DNA of 64,000 nt from Macrostomum lignano (lineage: Eukaryota): assembly GCA_002269645.1 (NCBI GenBank), contig NIVC01001034.1:34060-98059 (forward strand), written 5' to 3'. A program made the translations under genes and the position numbers. Position 1 is the stretch's first letter. Every line of letters begins with the position of its first letter. The notes below the pieces were generated by a model. The model was not told where the DNA came from, ran no database searches, and worked only from the letters and a program-made list of their open reading frames with translations. Shown here piece by piece: positions 50,590-61,072 of this stretch.

Positions 50590-51055
50590 CTTCCTCACCC
50601 TCCTCTTCTATCCTCCTCCATTGCCATCCCTCACCCTCCTTCCTCCCTTTCTCTCCCTCACCCTCCTCCCCCTTGCCATCCCTCACCCTCCTCCCCTTGC
50701 CCTCTCTCACCCTCCTCCCCTTGCCCTCTCTCACCCTCCCCCTTGCCCTCCCTCACTCTCCTCCCTTGCCCTACTACCTCACTCTTTTCCCATTGCCCTC
50801 TCCCTCACTCTCCTCCCCTTGCCCTCCCTCACCCTCCTCCCCTTGCCCTCTCTCACCCTCCCCCTTGCCCTCCCTCACTCTCCTCCCTTGCCCTACTACC
50901 TCACTCTTTTCCCATTGCCCTCTCCCTCACCCTCCTCCCCTTGCCCTCCCTCACCCTCCTCCCCTTGCCCTCCCTCTCCCTCACCCTCCTCCCCTTGCCC
51001 TCCCTCACCCTCCTCCCCTTGCCCTCCCTCACCCTCCTCCCCTTGCCCTCCCAAT
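50590..51055. repeat. Pyrimidine-rich ~24-bp satellite (CCCTCACCCTCCTCCCCTTGCCCT)
   Basis: Directly visible; G-rich on -. Confidence 0.92.
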
Positions 51056-51709
51056 CCCTAACAGTTTTTCTGTGCAAGTCTCTCAGCACTTTTGAGCGCA
51101 CCCGCGGGCGCTCGTACTTATTTGCCTGGAAATTTGACAATTATGATGGTATTATGCAGTAGCGTGACGCGCATTAATTAGAAGGCTCTATTTAGCTTGC
51201 TTAATGATAGGATAAGATTGTAAATCTGTGTATCGGAAATATTCTTTGATGTCGCCAGATGGAAAAGGCGGTGCTTTGCATAATCATTATAGCTAGCATC
51301 GCTTGGATGAGACTAATTACGGAGTAAATTCGCCTTTAGAATTGATTAGATAGGAGGACATGTCGACAGGTTTTGGGACACCTGATTAATTAGCAAAGTT
51401 GATAGATAATCAACTCTGGTGACAGTGGCTGCTGCAGCAGTGAATGGCAATTCTCAACTATTAGCTTCACTGACAAAAGCAATGCTTTCCATACTTTTAC
51501 AGACGCATTCAGATTCACAGTATTCAAAATTCGAATAATTGCTATGGATGATGGATGAAATAAATGATAGAGTAAAACATTTAAAATGCCAAGTCAATTA
51601 TTTTAAAAGGTTTTTTCGCTTTCTAATAAAGCTGATTTTCTGTCAGGGTTAATTAAAATTCTATATTTTTTGCTTTTTATCTACAACTGCCACTGCCAGA
51701 CGGTTGTAG

Positions 51710-52430
51710 GAAGGACTGCAGGATAGTGTAGGATAGACTGCAGGATAGACTATAGGATGGTGTAGGATAGACTGCAGGATAGACTGTAGGATAGACTGCA
51801 GGATAGACTGCAGGATAGACTGTAGGATAGTTTAGGATAGAATGCAGGATAGACTGTAGGATAGTGTAGGATATACTGCAGGATAGACTGTAGGATAGTG
51901 TAGGATAGACTGCAGGATAGACTGTAGGATAGTGTAGGATAGACTGCAGGATAGACTGTAGGATAGTGTAGGATAGAATGCAGGATAGACTGTAGGATAG
52001 TGTAGGATAGACTGCAGGATAGACTGCAGGATAGACTGCAGGATAGACTGCAGGATAGACTGTAGGATAGTGTAGGATAGAATGCAGGATAGACTGTAGG
52101 ATAGTGTAGGATATACTGCAGGATAGACTGTAGGATAGTGTAGGATAGACTGCAGGATAGACTGTAGGATAGTGTAGGATAGACTGCAGGATAGACTGCA
52201 GGATAGACTGTAGGATAGTGTAGGATAGACTGCAGGATAGACTGTAGGATAGTGTAGGATAGACTGTAGGATAGACTGTAGGATAGACTGAAGGATAGTG
52301 TAGGATAGACTGTAGGATAGACTGTAGGATAGACTGAAGGATAGTGTAGGATAGACTGAAGGATAGTGTAGGATAGTGTAGGATAGACTGTAGGATAGAC
52401 TGTAGGATAGACTGAAGGATAGTGTAGTAT
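51710..52430. repeat. AGGATAGACTGT/C and AGGATAGTGT satellite
   Basis: Directly visible; an inverted copy lies at 53200-53470. Confidence 0.95.
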
Positions 52431-53029
52431 AGACCATATCGACTGTTGCAAATAGTATATGGTAACGAAGAATATTGAGTTGGTTTATCTCTGCACTCTT
52501 TCTGCAGAAACTAAACTTATAAAAAACCACAATGGTTAACACAGTACAGTAGCTATTATTTAAAAGTGCTTTCCGTATAACTTCAGCTTCCAGAAGTTCG
52601 AGCTGCTAATTTTTTTTCTATCACGCAGTACAAGTGGAGTCTTTCCAACCATTTAAGTACAATTCTTCAATGCGTTTAGCACAGAGAATCGTCATCGCCA
52701 GCCAGCTAATTGGTCGGCCGCTCCTCTCCCGCTGTGACACACGAATTATAATTAACACTTAATTAAACCGCAATTATCTGTAGGGCAATTCAAAAACACC
52801 AGATTAAATTATTCACGCCCAGAGTAAAGAATACATTTTTATGTACCGATAATAATCTTGTCCAATATTTGCCTAGCTAAGGGGCAATTTGCCAACTTAG
52901 TAAACAGTTTAGTTTATTAGTGTTAAATTGTATTTGGTGAGAATGTTGTGCCTGTATAAATAGGCGAGTCGCATTAAATGGGGCTTGAGAAGTTCTAATG
53001 TTTCTATTACCTTAGCTATAGTTGTAAAA

Positions 53030-54853
53030 ATGAACCACGATGAAATTCGAGAACTGCAGATGGAAGCGAACCCATTCTTGGACGCTTTCATTGCTATTGA
53101 TGCCCATGAGAATGAGGTCATCGGCACTGCGGAGCTGCGGCAGCGACTCAAGCTGAGCACTTTTGTCAGTGACTCATTTGCTAAGGTAATTATTGTATTA
53201 TCCTACAGTCTATCCTGTAGACTATCCTGTAGTCTATCGTGTAGTCTATCCTGTAATCTATCCTGCAGTCTATCCTACACTATCCTACAGTCTATCCTAC
53301 ACTATACTACACTATCCTACAGTCTATCCTGCAGTCTATCCTACAGTCTATCCTGCAGTCTATCCTACAGTCTATCCTGTAGTCTATCCTGTAGTCTATT
53401 CTATAGTCTTTCCTTTAGTATATCCTGCAGTCTATCTTTCAGTTTATCCTACAATCTTACAATCTATCGAATAGAAAATCGTACTACAGTCTATTATGAT
53501 ACACAGTAGGATAGAATTGAATGCTCTAAAGACTGCAATCGTTTCTTTGAAATTTTTTTAGAGATGGCTGACAATTTTTGACTTAAACAGGAATGGCGCC
53601 ATCACTCTTGAAGAGTTCTGCCAAGTGCTCGGGCTCAAGGTTAACACTGCGTGAGTGATGTGGCACCTTAGCTCCAATCTGGCACCTCCAATCTGGCACC
53701 TAAGCTCCAATCTGGCACCTCCAATCTGGCACTTTAGCTCCAATCTGGCACCTCCAATCTGGCACCTTAGCTCCAATCTGGCACCTCCAATCTGGCACCT
53801 TAGCTCCAATCTGGCACCTCCAATCTGGCACCTTAGCTCCAATCTGGCACCTCCAATCTGGCACCTTAGCTCCAATCTGGCACCTCCAATCTGGCACCTT
53901 AGCTCCAATCTGGCACCTCCAATCTGGCACCTTAGCTCCAATCTGGCACCTCCAATCTGGCACCTTAGCTCCAATCTGGCATCTCCAATCTGGCACCTTA
54001 GCTCCAATCTGGCACCTCCAATCTGGCACCTTAGCTCCAATCTGGCACCTAAGCTCCAATCTGGCACCTCCAATCTGGCACCTTAGCTCCAATCTGGCAC
54101 CTCCAATCTGGCACCTTAGCTCCAATCTGGCACCTTAGCTCCAATCTGGCACCTTAGCTCCAATCTGGCACCTTAGCTCCAATCTGGCACCTTAGCTCCA
54201 ATCTGGCACCTTAGCTCCAATCTGGCACCTTAGCTCCAATCTGGCACCTTAGCTCCAATCTGGCACCTTAGCTCCAATCTGGCACCTTAGCTCCAATCTG
54301 GCACCTTAGCTCCAATCTGGCACCTTAGCTCCAATCTGGCACCTTAGCTCCAATCTGGCACCTTAGCTCCAATCTGGCACCTTAGCTCCAATCTGGCACC
54401 TTAGCACGCATTCGCATGTACACTAAATCTTAAAAAAACTTTTTAAATCCGTGATTCCGCAGCCGAGCTTACAGGCGTCAGCGTCAGCTGGGCTCCTCTT
54501 CCAGCCAATCAAAACTCCGACACCGGCAACGAAATGGAAGCGCGGCGAAAACCGAGCCGGCTGAATCGATTGCATCCTTGATCAGCTGCAGTGCTGCTCC
54601 GGACACCGAGTCAGTTATTATTAAAACTATAACTGAATTAGTGACATCTCGGGATTCTCTGCTCGAATCAGACACCGACTCTGAACTGGCTGATGAAGCC
54701 AAGCGGCAGCTGGAAAATTGTCTCGGTCGAATTTGGCACGTTGTCATCGTCAGAGGCGGATACTCGGCGAGTTACAGTCACGTGACCGGCTGCTCAGCGC
54801 GCTTTCGATGCGGCGATAGAATATTTCTCGTTTGGAAGACTCCGTCTGGGTGA
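53030..54853 (+). CDS. TAL: Tegument-allergen-like (TAL) protein: two EF-hands plus dynein-light-chain-like domain, ~211 aa
   Basis: Exons 53030-53185, 53562-53650, 54463-54853 (636 nt). [72 protein letters not shown] and FLVWKTPS parallel the Schistosoma Sm22.6/TAL motifs as recalled. Confidence 0.9.
53200..53470. repeat. TATCCTACAGTC satellite in TAL intron 1 (reverse complement of the 51.7-52.4 kb array)
   Basis: Directly visible. Confidence 0.9.
53660..54405. repeat. CTCCAATCTGGCAC(CTTAG) minisatellite in TAL intron 2
   Basis: Alternating 14- and 19-bp units switch to pure 19-bp units after ~54120. Confidence 0.95.
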
Positions 54854-54869
54854 CACGATGCTTGCTGAG

Positions 54870-55110
54870 CTGCTGCCAGCCAACGTAGATGGGGGGGGCG
54901 GATGACAGCCAAAGGATGGGGGCGGATGACAGCCAAAGTAGATGGGGGCGGATGACAGCCAAAGTAGATGGGGCGGATGACAGCCAAAGTAGATGGGGGC
55001 GGATGACAGCCAAAGTAGATGGGGGCGGATGACAGCCAACGTAGATGCATGGGGGGGGGGGGCGGATGACAGCCAACGTAGATGGGGGCGGATGACAGCC
55101 AAACTAGATG
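54870..55110. repeat. ~26-bp minisatellite GGGGGCGGATGACAGCCAAAGTAGAT just after the TAL stop codon
   Basis: Directly visible. Confidence 0.9.
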
Positions 55111-56784
55111 GGGGCGGAGCAACGACCTCACGACCTTAGCACCATGTCATAATGATGAAGTCGAGGGTAGCGCAGCAGCAGTTTCCCATTACAATCTGTC
55201 AGAGGTCATCTGTCTGCTCCAGCAATGTCGAGGGTCTTTTGAAGCATTTTAAAAAAACAGAATATTTGAAACGCGAACAACAGTGAAAAGTGAAAATTCT
55301 TTAAACTCAGCAAAACAGAATTTTATTCAAGGCGAACTCTGATATTCCCCTCCTGAAAAAGGAAATTTTTTTCGCTTTTGACCAATTTGACCTTACTTAT
55401 GCATTCCGTTTTGCATCAATGTTTAATTGTTGAGTTCATTTACAACATTACTTGTATCGCGCTTCTTTGATCGTTAGTTTTAATAATTCTTTTCGTACTA
55501 CTTACAATAGACGGGTAAGTAGTTTGAAAACAAATGCATCAATTTTTTTTTATGTTTCGTAAAGCTGAGTTTGAAGCGCTGGCGAATATTAAAATAATTA
55601 CAGGAGAGCTGCATGGGGAACCCTGGCCCAAAACCTCAGCGCCGAGGCAATTCTTTATGCCTCATAATGTTTTACAATGTGTACAATGTTTGATTACAGG
55701 AGGACAAGTGAGAGGGAGAGTCTGCCAAACTAGCCAGGTTTGAGTCCGTGCTCGGACAGATTAATTTAAACAAAAATTCGATCGTTTGAACAAGGCAAAT
55801 GCAATTAGCTCGTACTTGTAATAAAGCTTACTCTCAGCTGCGTACAAACATGACATATATAGAATGCGTCAGCATGGCCTTATTTGTCATTTAGCTAGTA
55901 TTTTATAATCTTAATTTATTAATTAATAAAGGTTTAGTCTGCTTGGATAAATATGAGAAATGTTATCTCGTACTTTTTGGTGCGTCATTATTGACCTTGC
56001 CGTCTTCGCCGAGCAACCTCGTTGAATTGAAGCGGCATGACTCAAGTTTGCATTCAGCATATAGCTGGGTGGGTGTCTTCAGTTTTAAGTGCCAGCGATG
56101 GCTCCTCTATAACTGTACTTTATTGTGCTTCAATTTCTTGGAAACTGTTTTCATAGCGTGGGGGGCAGGGTCCGAGCTATTTTATGAGAGTTTTTTTTTA
56201 CAAAATGGAATTTCGTGTTGAAGAAGAATCGCTTAGACTAAAAATGCTTTTAAAAACTCTTCGGGGCATTACTGGCACTGCGAAGAAGTGTGTGTGCGAG
56301 AGAGAGAAGTTGGGTAGCTGCGAGCAGCGCAGATACCCTGCGGGAGTGCCGTCTCGAGCTTGCACGCTGTCACACACAGGCGACACTCGAGGGTTTCTTG
56401 GGGAGATTCGGGACACCCCATCTGGTATTGTATTTGCGCTTGCTCCGTACTTGCGCATTTTCGGGGTTGATCATCACTTGCAGACAATGTGCCAGCAGCT
56501 GAGAGAGAGAAAGAGGGTTAGAATGAATTATTTATCTATAGGCCAGCACAAGTTTTAATGGCAGCTAAGTCTCGGCTGGGTCACGTGATTCAGTCTGAGG
56601 AGGGCCATTGGTCAACTGTTTTCAAGTTCTTTCTCTCTGACAGTCTCAGTAGATCGCATCTCGTAAAGTTCAGTTAAAGGTGACTCATGCTCTGTGAGAC
56701 GGCCTAAGGCAGCTGCGACACCGAGACAGACAATAACCGAAATCGTAGCCCAATATCGTAGGCGCGCCTCATCATTTCGGTGCT

Positions 56785-56792
56785 TATAAAAA
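56785..56792 (+). promoter_or_regulatory. Candidate TATA box of the myosin gene
   Basis: TATAAAAA about 70 nt before the ATG at 56863. Confidence 0.35.
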
Positions 56793-56862
56793 CCCAGTGT
56801 TGGTCTGCTTTGCTTGCTGCGAGCATGAGGCATAGCAACTAGATTATCGAAACATCAAAATC

Positions 56863-59800
56863 ATGCAACCTTCGGCTGACATCTACGACTTGGCCTCCCT
56901 CACTGAACTCTCCGAGGAGGCGATCGGCAAAGTGCTGCAGGACAGGTACAACGGAGATCGAATCTACACCCTGGTCGGAGACATTCTTGTGTTCTTGAAC
57001 CCCTTCAAACCTGTCAATGTCTACACCGAGAAGGAGTTTTCGTGTCTGTCAAGGCCAGACTGGAGCGGACCAGTTGCCGTTGGCAACGAAGTCGGATCCA
57101 GTGCTCACATTTACACTGTGGGCACCGCAGCCTTCAACTTGGTTGGCAAGGACTCGACTATACTGATCAGCGGCGAGTCGGGCTCGGGCAAGACTGAGAG
57201 CACCAAGCTGTTGTTGCAGCAGTTCGTCAAGATGGCCAGCTCGTCGCAACTGAATCGAACTCGAGTTGCCGAGTGTCTTCTAGCGGTGAGTATTAGCTTC
57301 TTGCATTCGAGCTTTTAACACTGATTTCACATTACGCATTCCTGTACGGTTTCAACATTAAGTGCTACGTTCATAAAATGTAAACTTTGCTTACTTAAAT
57401 TTCCAAATATTGTTAATTGGCTGCGTGTCAATGTAACAATAAAGTGCGACGTTTTTTATGCACAAATAGGCCCTGCTTGTTCCTTATTTCATTAAATATA
57501 GCTTTTTGCGTTCTAGTTTGGACTGCGGGCTTTTAATTTGGACACAGAGTTGAGAAAAGCCCAGAGAATGCTGGCTAGTCTATGGCACAAACCAGAAGCA
57601 ACTGACGGCCTTTCAAATTCGACAGAGGGCACAAATTTGGACACAGAAGACAAGAAGATCAAAGTTAAGAACGACAGTAATCAGTTTTTGAGGGTAGGTT
57701 ATGAATCTGTATATTTGACCCAAACATTGAACTTATCCAAACCGTTAGATACAATTTTCTAAAACTTTAAACTTTAAGACCCTTGCGTTGTCAGAGCCTG
57801 TTTCTTCCTAAAAAACTCGTCGTGTACTTAGTGCGCTGGCTCAAGAAAAAACATGCAAGAGAAAGGGGAAGGAAAAGACTGTCCAAATTTGTGCCCGCTG
57901 TCGAATTTAGAAGCCCGTCAGTTGCTTCTGGTTTGTGCCATAGACTAGCCAGCATTCTCTGGGCTTTGCTCGACTCTGTGTCCAAATTAAAAGCCCGCAG
58001 TCCAAACTAGAACGCAAAAAGCTATCATGAGCTGTGTAAAAATGTGTGCTGTTTCTTTTGATGGCTGCTCTGCAGCCACAGTGGGTTTTCTCAGAGTGAG
58101 TGGCAGGGTGCCGCTGGTGCTGCCCAAAGAAGATCATTTCTTCCCCACTTGGCTGGGCTGTGTCTGTCTATGGTTCAATGCTTTTTCATTTCTTTGGCCG
58201 GGCCTATCATTTCTTTGGCCCGGTCCAAGTTTGGAAGAAATATATTTTTTCCGTTTCTTTCTGTCTATGGCCCAAAGTCCCCGAACTCAAGTTCGTCAGT
58301 AGTCTGTGCAGTGAATTCATCATTCTTAGTTCAATTGAGTAGCTTTTTAATTAATTCTTTTATTTTAATTGAGTTTTATTCAATTCTCAAAAAAAGCGTC
58401 TAAGCTACTGAACTCAAAATTTAAGCAACCCATGTCGTTTTTTTCGCACAAGTGACGAAAAACAGCGGTCGCGCTTTCCCTATTGCCGCAATACAAAGTG
58501 GCCTATCTAGGGAATATTAGATCTACGGTGCTGTCCACAGACTGCAGAGCAGCCAGCGGGTTTGAGGGTGGTAAACTTTAAAGTTATCTCATAGGGCCAT
58601 CCTTACCACCATGGCTACGCCCCGATTGACCTGATCACCAACCGGTTCATGAACTCCTAAGGGACAGATGAATGACTTTGCTTAACTTTTGTCTGTGATG
58701 CCTTGGGGGCTTTAGCTGTTGCCGAACATGCCTGTACATTAGTTCATAAGCAAACTCGTTTCTCCCCAAACTCACCAAATCAGGCCAATCCGATCATGGA
58801 AGCTTTCGGCAACGCTCGCACAGTGATGAACCACAACTCCAGCCGATTCGCCAAGTTCGTCTCGCTAGGCCTCCAGGGCAACGCTTTGGTGTCCAGCGAA
58901 ATTCGCACCTACATGCTGGAGAAGTCTCGACTACTAAGCGCCACCGAAGACGAAGGCAATTTTCACATTTTCTATTACATGTGCCTTTCTAGTAACAGCT
59001 TCTTCAAGGATGTCAGGCCGCTAGGACCGTTGAGTTTGATCAGCAATGCTGAGACGCTTGGCAGGCGATACACAGATTTAGAGGCCAAAGCCACGGAGGT
59101 CTTGGACGCATTCGACAAGCTCAGCTTCACTGCTCAGCAGAAGGAGGGCGTGTTCCAGATCCTCTCAGGCCTGCTGCTCCTGGCCGATGTCGAGTTCCGA
59201 TCCGAGGAGCAGAACCACACGGTGTGCCCCTCGCTTGATCCCAAATCGGAGACGACTTTTAAGCTGGCCTGCAAACTGCTCGGCCTCAAGGGCAAGGATT
59301 CGAGGCGTCGTCTGCTCAAGACTCTGACTACAAGTAAGCTGAAGGTCAACGACGAAGACATCTACTCCCTGTTTCACGAAGAAAAGACGCGGGTGGTGCT
59401 AAACGGCTGCATACGGGCGATTTACACGAAACTGTTTGACTGGATTATCCAGCGAGTGAACGACATCCTGGCCAGCACCGGCCGCACGGACCCCGGCACC
59501 AGAGTTCGACAAATCGGCGTGCTGGACATCTTCGGCTTTGAATCGTTGGCCATAAACTCGTTTGAGCAGCTGTGCATCAACCTGGCGAACGAACAGCTCC
59601 AGTTGTTCTTCACCCACCACGTGATTCAGCTGGAACAGGCCGAGTACCAGTCCGAAGGTCTGTCCTGGGTTGAGATTCCATTCGAAGACAACCAGGTGAC
59701 TCTGAACCTATTTCTAGAGAGGCCGCTTGGAGTTCTGTCTCTGTTGAACGAGGAGAGCAGCCTAGCCTCCGGAACGGACGAGAGTCTGTATAACAAGCTG

Positions 59801-61072
59801 ATGAAGCATTTGGTGGACAAGCCGAAGTTGCAAATCTCGGCTAAGAATCCTGCCGTGTTCACCGTGAATCATTACGCCGGAGCTGTCACCTACACCATAC
59901 CCGGTATGGTTGAGAAGAACCGAGACAAGGCTCCGGAGAATACGATGGAGGTTCTGGCCTCCTCTAAGTTGAAGCTGTTGACCGAAATGATCAACAGCCA
60001 CCACGGCAGCAAGGCGAAGGCTGGCAACGGAAAACAGCAAGCATCAGCTGGCCTGCAGCTGGCTGTTCAATTCCGCAGCTCGTTGGACTTTTTGCTGGCC
60101 AAGCTGCGCGAATCGCAGCCATTTTTCGTGCGCTGCATCAAGCCCAATAGGGATAACGCTGCGAACAGTTTCGACCAGGAGTACGTTCGGCGACAGATTC
60201 ACTACTGCGGGATAGCCGAAGCGGTGCGAGTCCGTCAGGCCGGCTTTCCGGTGAGGTGCACCTACGGGGAGCTGCACCTGTTGTGTCCGGTGCTGAGCTT
60301 CCTGTACGGCTCTGGCCGGCTGGAAAGCGACGCAGCCCGCATTCGAGCCGTGTGCCGACAGGCCGAGCTGCCAGCAGAGGAGGTTGCCATGGGCAAGACG
60401 AAAGTGTTCATGGGCGTGAACGCCAGCCGCTTACTTGCCAAGGAGGAGCGGCGCTACTGCGGACGCGTGGTAACCTGCCAGAAGGTGATTCGTGGCTGGC
60501 TGCAGAGGCGCCGCTATCTCAAGTTGAAGGCTGCCGAGATCGAAAGGCGTAAACGAGCCGCGCTGGCGTTGCCGATCACTCCTACGGCGCCGCCACCTCC
60601 GGAGGAGTTGAGAAAGTCGACAGTCAGCGTTGGCGAAGAAGGCGAAGAAGGAGCACAAGTGACTCGATCGGAGACAGTGCTCTGGTTCAAGACTACGCAG
60701 AAGGACCAGATCATGCAGACTCGCGGCTATGAGACCTGGTTTCACGGCATCATAACGCGCAACGAGGCCAACCAGCTGCTCGGATCCAAAAACACCGGGA
60801 GCTTTCTAGTCCGAGTCAGCAACAGCCAGCTTGGCTTTGTGCTCAGCTTCAAGTCGAGAAACGGAGTCCGGCACTACCTGATTGAGCAGCTCGAGCGCGG
60901 CAGATTCAACGTGCTTGGCGAGAAGCAGGTTCACTCAAGCCTGGGCAAAATTATCGATTTTCACAAGGCTAACGGCTTTCGTAACTGCGATGTTCGGCTG
61001 ACAACACCGGTGGGACAGCCAGATAAGGAGCCAGATTATGAGGAGCTGTTGTGCAATGCTCCGGCGCTATGA
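56863..61072 (+). CDS. Myo28: Unconventional myosin with one IQ motif and a C-terminal SH2 domain (class XXVIII-like), ~903 aa
   Basis: Exons 56863-57285 and 58784-61072. P-loop GESGSGKT, NPIMEAFGNA, switch I NSSRF, switch II DIFGFE, FEQLCINLANEQLQ, FVRCIKPN and GKTKVF. IQ motif CQKVIRGWLQRRRY. SH2 WFHGIITRNEA..LL....GSFLVRVS..HYLI. Confidence 0.93.
57500..58023. mobile_element. Second copy (inverted) of the long-TIR MITE, in the myosin intron
   Basis: Same TIRs and interior as 33301-33827 in opposite orientation; AT on both flanks. Confidence 0.92.

Noticed and set aside
59134-60745. Antisense ORFs over the myosin, stomatin, GPCR and hnRNP K exons
   Set aside because: Shadow ORFs of GC-rich coding sequence.
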